A stretch of 63,958 nucleotides of DNA, counting the filler, from Sphacelaria rigidula (lineage: Eukaryota): NCBI GenBank assembly GCA_964200075.2. It is 10 parts of 10 records of this genome, joined end to end, with 100 filler letters (N's around TTAATTAATTAA, not from the genome) between each part and the next. Parts side by side here need not be neighbours in the genome. Positions count along the whole stretch, not along the records: positions 1 to 6,306 come from CAXNAA020020886.1; positions 6,407 to 12,712 come from CAXNAA020020887.1; 8 more parts are not named here. The stretch is one strand, 5' to 3'. The notes beneath the pieces were generated by a model. The model worked only from the letters and a program-made list of their open reading frames with translations. It was not told where the DNA came from and made no database searches. The position numbers were made by a program, and so were the translations under genes. Shown here piece after piece: positions 1 through 9,947 of the stretch; position 1 is the stretch's first letter, and each line of letters starts with the position of its first letter.

Positions 1-369
1 TACGGTACATACCCGGAAAAATACCCAGGTATACAGAAAACCGTACCTTACAGAACACAACCTTGAAAACTTCGTCTGCTGACCCGAACCCATCACTTGC
101 GTGATGCCGAACATGCCTGGGTAAAGACACACAACCGGCGCCGTTATACACCGCTCGACCGGCTTGGGCCAGATCCCGTGCTCCGATGAAAGGAGCAACG
201 CACAGCACAGTGCGGACATACTGGACCGCCAGGGTGCTGCTTGCTCCCGTCGGCGTGGCGGCTGCTGCCGCTGGCGTCGGCGCCAGCGCTCGCGGTCACA
301 GAACGACACAACCAGCCATACAGTAGTAAGACTGGATTGTACCGATACACGAATATCGCAACGACCCAC

Positions 370-2124
370 TGTGACGGTAATGTACAACTCGCTGTCTGCT
401 TGTCTGCTTGCAGCTTTGTTTCGCTGCTGCTGTTCTATCCGTCCCGGCGTACACTTCAGGTGTGACTCAACGCTGCAAGCAGACAAGCAGACAGCGNNNN
501 NNNNNNCTTCAGGTGTGACTCGAGTCTGCGATCCAATCACAAGCATTTTTTACTACATACTTCACCACGAAGGTCGCATTTCATTGGCCCTAGATTCCGC
601 CGATTTCGAGACGATTACGTGCCGACTCTGCAGGTTGCGTCGATTACGTGTGTTGCGTCTTCTTTGGTATCTCAGTTATTGTAGTCGGGTGCTATGATCG
701 GAGGAGATACGCAAGGCGGACGCTTGCAGGTTGGGGCAAACAAACTGAGCCAGTACGGAGCTGCTGTATCCCAAACGACTGATGGTAGCAGCTGTCTGAT
801 TGGCGGCGGCGCAATGTGTGGGCGAATCACGGCTATTTGACCACTCAACTTCCACTCGATTTTCTAGGCCTTTGCTTTTTATGCGCATTTTTTTTTTTTA
901 TGCGCGTTTTCCCATTTTTTTTCCATGTGCAAAAGTGAGTGTTATTCACCGATTTATGCGTTTTTTGGTGAAATATGCGCGACTTTCGCGCCTTTTTCCC
1001 GTCCTTCTTGATGCGGTTCCTGGCGGCACCGCCTGTGGAACGTACCTTCCAGCAAGAAAACAAGACGGCACGTTGAACATTTCGAAATTTCACGATTGCT
1101 TGGAAGAAAGGCTCGCTCGTTTTTTCTCCGTTCATTTATTTTGAAGGCCATGCTGAAAAATAATAATAAAAAAAATAAAAATCATTATAAAAGAAATGGA
1201 AACTGGAAATATTCAAAGTCAAGAAAATAAAAACAAATGATACAAAGAAAGTTCTGCTGTGCTTTTTCTCTCGCCCTCTGCGCCTGAGCGGTCTCCTTCG
1301 CGTCGCGCGTTGGGGCGCGGAAGTCCGCACCTCGGTCACGTCGACCTCTTGCCGCGCTGTCATATTAGTGTAGTGCTCACTGCTGTACTGTCGGTGAACT
1401 ATGCACTGTTCGCTGTATACTGTGCAGTTGTGGATTGAACTGGTTGGTGTATGAAGTTGTGGCGGGAGCCGCCGTTTGATGTGAAATATGACACATTTAT
1501 TTTCATCAGTTTCACATGAACGTAGAGTAGCTCACATACAGCACCATAACCGATATCAGATCCGCAACAAAGTTAAAAAAACAAAATTATGAACACAAAC
1601 GCCACGACCCCACGAACCACGCCACATGGAGCACCCGTGGGCAGCTACTAGCTGCTGGACATGGGGGGTGCATAATCCCGTTGGAGTACTGTATATGCGC
1701 AAAGTTATGCGTAAAACTTAGCTTTCATGCCTTTGATATGCTGGAATCTCCAAAAGTATATGTTTTCCAAAAAACGCACACACTTATGCGCAAAACCCCG
1801 TTTTATGCGAAATTATATGCGCGCATAGAAAGCAAAGGCCTACGATTATCTCATTTGACTCAAGAAATGACGCCTGTGCGCCAGCCAGTGGAAGAACTGC
1901 TGGATCCCTGCTGTTGAGGGACTCCCCAGTCTTACTGGCCTCAGTTTCAGTTGTCAGCCTTTACAACACTCTCATTATTCAGGAGTGCCCTTGTAGCTAC
2001 AGCCTCCTACAGACACGCCAGGGTATCAACCTAGTGTCCCCGGTCATTGTCCAGATTATCACTACCAACGGTCATTATCCAGGTCATCACTGCCAACTCG
2101 ACGTAAGGGCGTTATTTCGTCACA
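370..2124 (-). repeat. Putative 3' LTR of the chromovirus, interrupted by a MITE
   Basis: Inverted termini TGTGACG (370-376) and CGTCACA (2118-2124). Begins immediately after the PPT on the minus strand. Contains a 10-N gap (497-506) and the 867-1840 insertion. Confidence 0.6.
867..1840. mobile_element. Non-autonomous TIR DNA transposon (MITE), TA target duplication
   Basis: TIR GGCCTTTGCTTTTTATGCGC (867-886) vs GCGCATAGAAAGCAAAGGCC (1821-1840), one mismatch. TA at 865-866 and 1841-1842. Subterminal TATGCG repeats at both ends. Confidence 0.85.
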
Positions 2125-2204
2125 GCACCCCCAAAGCGCGTTGGACGAAAATCGATCAACAAGCTTGACACATAGAAAACGCCAAAACGATGAGTAAGTC
2201 ACAA

Positions 2205-2447
2205 CTAAATACCGAACTCATTCGAAATGCGAGCAGCAACGGCACGAGTCACGCGCAATTTACGCAACTCCTTCGTGAAAAAATCTGGAGCGGCCTCAAA
2301 AATATCCTTGAAAGGCTCCCACGTACGTTCCTCAACTTCGAAACCAACCCAGTCGACCGACACGATCAACGAACGATCATGTGCTTTTGCCACTCGGACA
2401 ATACCAGCCATCTGAAATTGCCCCCGATTGAAAGCATGCTGGAACAC
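2205..2447 (-). pseudogene. Chromodomain at the C-terminus of the Gypsy integrase
   Basis: LIVSVDWVGFEVEERTWEPFKDI matches the chromodomain W.G[FY]....TWEP motif and lies directly upstream of the PPT/LTR. Confidence 0.8.
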
Positions 2448-2469
2448 GTCCTTAATGTCAGCCGTAACA

Positions 2470-3700
2470 TTAAGCTGCGAGTCTGCATAAAAAACGCAAA
2501 CGAGCTACATGGGCGGTCTGGACACGACCCAAAACACTGTTCTGAATCTCAAACACGTGCGGGTGGTAAGCACCAACCACTCTGGAGAGTGGTCTCCATG
2601 GATCAGCCCACGTCGCCATCAACTTGGGCGTAACACCCGGAAGACGCACGCGTGCATACAAGACGTAGTCGCCTGCCTCAAAATTCGGCAATTCCAGCCC
2701 CGACGAGGACCCCTCACGTCTACGCACACGTTCAACGGCAACACGTTCTTGCACTTGAACGTGGAAACGTTTTTGCAAGTCCAAGACTCCTTACAATGCA
2801 CTCTGAATTTGAACATCGTCCAGAACATCACACTTCCAGTCCCCCGCCGACGAAGACGCCAGCACCGAGAAAGACGCCCGAGGGGCACGACCAAACACCA
2901 CGTGGTACGGCGTACTATCGTAACGACGACGATACGCTGTATTCAGCGCCCATTGCACCACCGGCAACACGTCCACCTACTCGGAAACCGCTCTACGCTG
3001 CTCGAGAAAAATAGAGCGAAGAGCACGACCAGCTTCCTTGACCATGCGTTCTCACGTGCCGTTAGACCACGGAGAATACGCTACCGCAAACTGGTGATCA
3101 ACGCGCAAAGCCTTTCGTAATCGGGCCAAGATCGCATTCTTGAAATGCGTGGCGGTATAACTCACCCACACACGCGACAGCCCCAAAGTTGTGCAACAAT
3201 TCAGCAAAGATGCAGCGGTCGATTCGGCAGTACACTCTGCTACTGGTTCCAGAACCACAAAGTTGCTCAAATCATCCACGATTACCAAAATGTATCGAAA
3301 CCCAGCATCCTCCGACAAACCTTGGGAAGCTAGCGGGCCACCCTCGCCCACGTACAAGAAGTCAAAATGAACGACTTCATTCGGCGTGGTCCCATGGACC
3401 GTTTCGCCGAGCGGGCGAGGAACAACATCTCCCGCCCTTGAGTCAGCACAGTGAAGACACTGGCGGACAAATTCGCGCACATGAGTTTCTATCCCCTGCC
3501 AGACACAAAACTCTTGCAAGCGCATGAGCGTCGCGGCCACACGACGATGCCCGGCGTCGCGCATGCACGCGCGAGTCATCAGACGTACCTGCAACTGCTT
3601 GTCAGAACTCGGAATCCACAAAACGTTTCGGCCACACACATGCACACGGAACATACCTTCATTGTCCAAGATAGCAGTACCAACGTCCGACTCGAAAGAT
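2470..3700 (-). pseudogene. Gypsy integrase, frameshifted
   Basis: Zinc-finger remnant (DAGHRRVAAT...VRQCLHC), core VHFDFLYV...VDDLSNFV...AYSPWSNG, LPVVQWALNTAYRRRYDSTPY, and GPY/F-like GDYVL...PKLMATW.DPWR. Confidence 0.88.
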
Positions 3701-3919
3701 TGCACATCCGCATCTTCGGCCCCAAGGTCTTTTCGTAGCGCTTGGCGGACAACAGATTTGGATGGCATCGAGTCATCAGGTTCACACGGACCATAGACAG
3801 CTACAGCGCGCACAGGCAAAGCCGGAATATTCCCCCAACGCGACAGCAAGTCACCCCCACGCGTTACGGTCACCCGAGATATGACAAACCGAGTAACGGT
3901 ACTGGCGAAGAACAGCTTT

Positions 3920-4654
3920 CTAACCCTCCATACGTTGTGCCAATGCTTTCGACACAGACGTAACGCACGCTTCCGGGTTGAAAATATACACGAGATTTCG
4001 GTGATCCGTGAATATGTGCACGCCATCCCACAACAGATGCTCCAAACGACGAAAAGTGCTAACGATAGCAAAACCTTCCGTATCAATTGTGGCCCAAAGC
4101 AACTGCGAACCCTTAAAATTATCCCTGAGGAAAGCGAGCGGTTCATGCGTCATGTCCTCAAGTGGTAGGCGTCTTTGCATTTCCGCTTTACGTACTTGCG
4201 TCACGAAACTACGCCAATGACACTCAGATGCATCCGGAAACATTAACACCTGACAGTCAGGACGAGGATGGAACGGCGTCACGGCATGAGCCACCACATC
4301 CTTCGCTGCCGCCCACGCCTCGAGTCTGCCTTCCGTCTACGATGCAGGCTTCTTCGGAAACGCCATATCTGGACTGGACCACCCCGCCTGCAAAGTCCGT
4401 AACACCAGCCCGAGCACCCAAAAAGCCACCATACACAACGCCAACCAACTCGACTTCACTGGATCGTACCGCCGCGGCTTCGTCTTCACCGCGGACGTCC
4501 CAGATTTGAAGTGAACACGCATGGGCTCCACGCGCGCAGGGAGATCACCCCGCAGCGCACGACGAAACGCGTTGACGCGGCGATGCATGATGCCGCGTAG
4601 GCGTTCCGCTTTGGGGACGCTGAGGCTTTTCGCCACAGTATCCGTCATGCTCAC
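3920..4654 (-). pseudogene. Gypsy RT N-terminal remnant joined to RNase H (RT core deleted)
   Basis: RT N-terminus (PARVEPMRVHFK...PRRY...WSSP) runs into the RNase H connector. RNase H motifs FPDASECHW, WATIDTEGFAIV and IFTDHRNLVYIF are present. No YxDD. Confidence 0.85.
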
Positions 4655-5519
4655 CTCCAGCGCAACCTTCCGAGCGGACTCCTCCTCCGCCGGATAAGTG
4701 AATATCTCCGGTATACCGAGCGTTCCACCGCCATATCCCGCTCCTCAGTCACCTGCCCTCCAGCCTCGTGAAAAGCATCCACCGACCAGCTCACGCGACG
4801 ACTGCCCAAAACGGCAGGCGTCTCCAAGCGTGGACCAGGCGGAGACATCCGCGTCTTCATGGAGTTTCCACAACCGCCGAGCGTTGACTCCAATATCCTG
4901 AAGCATCGGCAACCCCAGAAGGATAACACGCCATCCGACCCCGGCATGATCGCAAACGAGATCGGAGGCAGCTGCGCCGGCCCCCAGCAAGTCGTCAAAG
5001 TCAGCTGTAGCGGAACAGTACGCTCTGTGACGTAAAGATGCTGAAACGACGCAGTGACGGCCTGCCGCGCCCCGAGCGAAAACGGCATGCGCAGCGGTAC
5101 ACCCGGGAGAAGATGCTCCAACATCTCTACAATCTGTACCGACAGACTGACATGACCCGCCAAGTGGGCGCCTGGATACCAGTTAGCCTGAACCGCAATG
5201 GCGCCACGCTCCCGTTGATTTGGAAGGCACAGCTCTGCAGGAACGTAGTTGTCCGCAAACTTTACTGGATATAATTGGCCGACCGATGCGCGATTAATCC
5301 CACTTGACGCCACGGCTGCGCAAGCTGCGCAGGCGAAGATGCCCCGGCAGGTTCAAACGGCACCGGCGGTGGGTATGACCTCCAGCCAGCAGACGAAGAA
5401 TTTGGCGAACCTCCGGCCAGCGCGTCAGCAGGCGTCGCGCCTGGCGCTGCTGCCGGTGTCGCCGCGGGCGTTATCACCGGCGCCGGCGCAGTGTTCAACA
5501 CTGTATAAGTCGGCCCTAC

Positions 5520-5604
5520 CTACACCGCCCGTTGCGGAGCAGCAGCACCTACGGCGGCGCCGGACCCATAACCAGGCCCATGCTGACCCCCCTGCTGTTG
5601 CTGT

Positions 5605-5660
<56 letters not shown>

Positions 5661-6149
5661 AGGACTCGACTGCGACCCTCCACCGCCGGAGGATCCGCCG
5701 CCATCACGATTACCTCGTCTTTTGCCCTTGTTCTGACGATGCTGATGGCGCGCGGCATGAGACTGCCCAGACTCTCCACCGGGAGACGTTGGGCAATCGC
5801 GCGCGTAATAATCGACCTGGCCACAACAGTGGCAAGTGCCCGCCGCATGCCCAGCATGCTTTTTGATCGCCGCAATTGGTTGCGGCGGGGTGATCGTGAC
5901 ATTTTTATGCTCCAAATGAGCAAATACTCTCTGCACATAAGTTGGCACTTGTTGAGCCATTGGCACCACCTGATGCCGCACAGCACCCCCTGCGTGAACG
6001 TGCTTCACGCGCATCTTGTACTCAAAGTAATTCATAATAAAAGTGCGAGATGCACTCTCTGAGTACCTATCCCCGTATTGGGGAGGTCGCAATTCTTCCC
6101 TCATGACTACGGGTGTCACGGTGGGCGTACCTCGTGAGCCGGTAGCCAT
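5520..6149 (-). pseudogene. Gag remnant with degenerate zinc knuckle and 23-Q tract
   Basis: First ORF after the PBS. CHCCGQVDYYARDC is a decayed CCHC. CAG/CAA run at 5592-5660. Confidence 0.75.
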
Positions 6150-6220
6150 AGCTGTAACTGTAACCGGCTATCTGCGAACCTTTGCAGGCCAGTGGACCTT
6201 CGCGAATTGCACTTTCCTTG

Positions 6221-6231
6221 CCTCGTCGCCG
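6221..6231 (-). promoter_or_regulatory. Primer-binding site, tRNA-Ser(GCU)-like
   Basis: Minus strand CGGCGACGAGG, one change from TGGCGACGAGG (complement of the tRNA-Ser 3' end CCTCGTCGCCA). Lies 2 nt from CGTCACA and just upstream of gag. Confidence 0.7.
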
Positions 6232-6233
6232 CA

Positions 6234-6306
6234 TGTGACGGTTTAAGAGACAACCAGCTAGACTACTGATCAGTCAGCGCTGACTGGTCAGTAGTCTAGT
6301 TGGTTG
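6234..6306. repeat. TGTGACG-terminated palindromic element (truncated by scaffold end)
   Basis: TGTGACGGTTTAAGAGACAACCAGCTAGACTACTGATCAGTCAGCGCTGACTGGTCAGTAGTCTAGTTGGTTG folds back around CAGCGCTG. Related copies at 57654-57717 and 58027-58105. Confidence 0.85.
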
Positions 6307-6406
6307 NNNNNNNNNNNNNNNNNNNNNNNNNNNNNNNNNNNNNNNNNNNNTTAATTAATTAANNNNNNNNNNNNNNNNNNNNNNNNNNNNNNNNNNNNNN
6401 NNNNNN
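6307..6406. other. Artificial scaffold linker (44 N + TTAATTAATTAA + 44 N); first of nine
   Basis: Identical 100-bp linkers at 6307-6406, 12713-12812, 19119-19218, 25525-25624, 31931-32030, 38337-38436, 44743-44842, 51149-51248 and 57554-57653. TTAATTAATTAA gives stops in all six frames. Confidence 0.97.
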
Positions 6407-9400
6407 CAAGGAGTTTGACAGAGTCAACAACAGGGAAAACAGACACTGCGTTCGTGAATAGTTCACGGTCACTCTCGACAGGTTCTATCTCGTCCAAGTT
6501 GTAAGATGACACTTCATATTCACGAGGAGCGGGTGGGTGAAATGGCTGATTATCTGGCACATTGCGACAAATTGCTGCCAGTCGTGGTTCGGAGGGAATT
6601 TCGTCTCCGTTGATAGGTCTGAATAGACGAGACAGTGTATCGGGGACAATGTTGAGTTTCCCCGGGACATGCTTGACGGTGAAGTCGTAATTTTGAAGTG
6701 CGATGGCCCAACGGGTGAGCATGTTGGAGGTATCTTGCATATAGTATAAGTAGGTCAGAGCTTGGTGGTCGGTATGACAGGTGAAATGTCGACCCCAGAG
6801 ATAAGGTCTCCAATGGATGAAGGACCATACAACTGCAAGACATTCTTTCATGGTTGGGCTATAGTGACGCTGACTCGACGAAAAGCGTTTGCTGTAATAC
6901 GCCACTATATCGACTTCTTTTCCGTCGGCATCACCTTTGCGAGGTTGAGCCAAAAGAGCACCTATTCCGGTTTCTGAAGAATCAGTGTGGACAACGAATT
7001 TTCTCGAGAAATGAGGAAAGTGTAGGACAGGAGGAGAGACAAGCGCTTGCTTGATTTCCGCAAAGGCTGCGTCTTGGTCAGGGCCCCATGCTGATTTGAA
7101 AGTTCGTCTGTGAGCAAAAGTCTTGCGAGTGAGATCGACTAGTGGGGCCGTGAGTTCAGCATAATCTTTGACAAAACGCTGGACAAAATTGAGCATGCCT
7201 AAGACGGACCGGAGATCTTTGATGCATGTAGGCGTTGGTTGTTTTTGAATGGCTTCGATGCGATCAGTACTGACAGAAATACCTTCAGCGGAAATGACAT
7301 GGCCGAGATATTCAATTTTCTTTTGGCCGAATTGAACTTTCGAAGGTTCAAGGGTTAAACCGGCTGCCTGTAGACCAGAGAACATTCGCTCTAAAGATTG
7401 AAGGTGAGCTGGTAACGTGGGACTGATACAGATCACGTCATCCATGTACGCAAGAACACCAGAAGTTTGACTGAGATGACCGAGAGCCGTAGACATGGTT
7501 TGCTGAAATAACCAAGGCGCGTTACAGACTCCAACCGGCATACGTTTAAAACAGTACTTGCCGATCGGGGTGACGAATGCAGTCCGATCGATGTGTTCCT
7601 TCGCCACGGGGATCTGCCAGAACGCTGAGAGGACGTCGCAGACCGAGATGTATCGAGCTTCTCTAACTGCGTCCAGGCAGGCGTCAAGACTGGGCATAGG
7701 TCAACTTTTACGAACAATGCGGCGGTTGAGGGTGTGACGGTAATCAACACAGAAGCGCGGGCTGCCATTGCGTTTGGCTACAATAGTACATGAACTACCC
7801 CAAGGACTAGGCCGTTCTTCTATGATGTCCCATTCGAGCATGTCTTTAACGCATGTGTAAATGACTTCAGGCGTACGTGGATTTGGACGGTACGGTTGTT
7901 TATCTACCGGACGGGTACTCGGTGGGACGGGAAAGGTTGCTTCTGCGATGGTGCAGCGACCTAATTCGGACATAGACAATGAGAAGACAGGCCGAAACTT
8001 AGCGCAAAGATCTAAGACGGATGCTTGTTGGTCCGGGGTAAGCGTAGATTCATTGAATGCTTCTTTGGACAAGGGATCTTCAAGTTCAGATCGTGCGCGA
8101 CGGAGTTCTTGTGCTGATTGAGGGGTATTTGCGACGGCGTGGACATGCAATTGGTCTGGGGTGACGACTGAAACTGTCAACAAGTGACCGAGACATAAAC
8201 CAGCAGGTAGGGTGACGTCATCTGAGGATGTGTTAGCGATTTGAACAGCTACCGATCCATCAGATGCCTTCCAGGTGGATAGGGTACGTGCGACAATGAC
8301 TTTTCTGAATGCAGTGAGACTTGGATTGTCTGTCAGTTCGTCGGGGGTAACAATCCGAGGTTCGACAACGACGGTACAATCTTGTGGAGGGAGACAATCG
8401 GTAAACGCTACTGCAAGCGCTTCGTGCATCCGTTTGACATTAACACGCTCGAGTAGTTTGACATCAATAGCTTCTGCGTCGCTGTGTATTGCAGCTACTG
8501 ATGAAGGAGAGTCAGGTGACGCAGAACAAGCGTGGGTATGGACATTGGCATGTTTTCGGTGGACAGCGGGAATTGAGATACCAGTGGATGCGAAAGACAG
8601 CGATTGATTTTCCCAATCGAGGACTGCACCCAATTCAGACATGACTGGGTTGTCTAAAAGAATGGAGTCGGGACCGAGTGATGGGACTACGAGTGCATTG
8701 ACGGTACATGTAGCTCCACCTAAGGTTAATGAACATTCGATAAACCCTAGGACATGAATCGGGGAACCGTTCGCTGCGTTAAGGGCGACGGCTGCAGGGG
8801 GGAAAGATTTGAGGGGAGTATTTCGGAGAGTGGGGTGAGATTGCACCCACTCCCTCGACACAACAGATACATCAGTAGCAGTGTCGATAGTCACGTTATC
8901 AACGTCACAGTCATCGACGAGACCCGCAACGCGGACACGGCGAGACGAAAAAGAGAGAGAGACAGACTTGGGTTTGTGCGCCAGCGAAGAGCTGTACCAC
9001 ACTTCATCTTCGTTAATATCCTTTTCACCATGCTTCTCCAAACACGAGGGCTCACGAGTAAGTCGTGGCAGGCTACCGACAGGCTCAGCTACATCAGTCA
9101 AAGCGGAGACAGTTTGTACCACAGAGGTGCGTCGCTTGCGCGACTCGCATGCCGAAGGTAGCAAAGGACTACTGACAGCAGCTGAAGATGCAACGTCTAC
9201 ATCACGAACACCTTTTACACCCAAACACTCTTGCTCTTGGTTGACACTGACAACTGCTACTAACGTGGAGAGGGATCTCTTCCTCTTCACGCCTGTACTG
9301 TCTAAAACAGCAGACGACCCAACTGAATCAGGCGCAACAACAGCAGGGCAATATAACTCATCGGTATTTCCGTCGTCATCAGGTGGCGGTGATGGCGATC

Positions 9401-9431
9401 GTTGGCTGGTCTTGCATTTTTTCTCCGTCCG
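6407..9431 (-). pseudogene. Pol: aspartic protease, reverse transcriptase, RNase H; single nonsense codon at 7701-7703
   Basis: PR VTIDTATDVSVV and ILLDN. RT RFCVDYR, DVLSAFWQI, RMPVGVCNAP and AYMDD. RH TDSSETGIG, YSPTMKECLAVVW, TDHQAL and NIVPDTLSR. KS*PMP is likely TGG>TGA. Confidence 0.92.
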
Positions 9432-9947
9432 TTAACCTTGACGTTGCTCCTTCTCGAAACGCTTACGCTGGTAACACGTGTCGAACGTGTGTCCCAATTT
9501 CTTTTTACATGGGCCCCACGTACACTTCGGGCGGCCCTTGTTTTTTCCTGAGGTGGGTGTTCCCGCGTTGTGGGGGTCGTTACACCCCCGTGCTGCAGGG
9601 CGGGAGTGATTGTTGGTGGGGAGGCGGTGGCCTTTCCCTGCGAACAGAGTAATCATAATTGTGACAGCCCAAGCAGGTAGGTCTTCGCCTGGGTTGCGCG
9701 CGTCGAGCACGTCGTTCAGTGTCTTTTGCATCTTGGCCATGGTAGGATGCAGGGAGTGAAGGGAAGGATCAAGGTCCGGGATGGCGCAAGCGATGGTCGC
9801 ATCCAGGTCTTGGACAGGTGCGGACGTATCGCGGAGAACGCACGGGGCTGCTGACGCTTCTTGCTCTTCTTCTTCCTCTTCCTCTTGACGGGGCTCGTAG
9901 GGTGGGTCGTGGGGGTCGGCGGGTGGCGACATGTCGTGGTCTGACAT
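9432..9947 (-). CDS. Short gag-like protein with CX4CX5HX4C knuckle
   Basis: 171-aa ORF ending CTWGPCKKKLGHTFDTC. In frame with pol and separated from it by a single TAA. Confidence 0.65.
   Translation of the reverse strand: MSDHDMSPPADPHDPPYEPRQEEEEEEEQEASAAPCVLRDTSAPVQDLDATIACAIPDLDPSLHSLHPTMAKMQKTLNDVLDARNPGEDLPAWAVTIMITLFAGKGHRLPTNNHSRPAARGCNDPHNAGTPTSGKNKGRPKCTWGPCKKKLGHTFDTCYQRKRFEKEQRQG

Larger units (their letters stand above)
370..6306 (-). mobile_element. Degenerate Ty3/Gypsy chromovirus-type LTR retrotransposon (gag-PR-RT remnant-RNaseH-IN-chromodomain)
   Basis: Minus-strand ORF fragments in Gypsy domain order. PPT-like TTTGGGGGTGC (+2125-2135) is followed by TGTGACG (LTR start at 2124). 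A tRNA-Ser-type PBS lies at 6221-6231. Many frameshifts and stops. Confidence 0.9.

Noticed and set aside
390..521. Perfect 25-bp inverted repeat (390-414 vs 472-496) suggesting a hairpin element in the 3' LTR
   Set aside because: CTTCAGGTGTGACTC is duplicated on both sides of the 10-N gap and the inverted arm ends at the gap. This is typical of a fold-back or overlap assembly artefact, so it cannot be trusted without reads.
6351..6362. Recurring TTAATTAATTAA motif with regular ~6.4-kb periodicity
   Set aside because: Artificial six-frame-stop linker embedded in N runs.
2190..9435. Long plus-strand ORFs (e.g. 2509-3120, 5249-5866, 8881-9435)
   Set aside because: Antisense shadows of the Gypsy gag/pol frames with no independent motifs.
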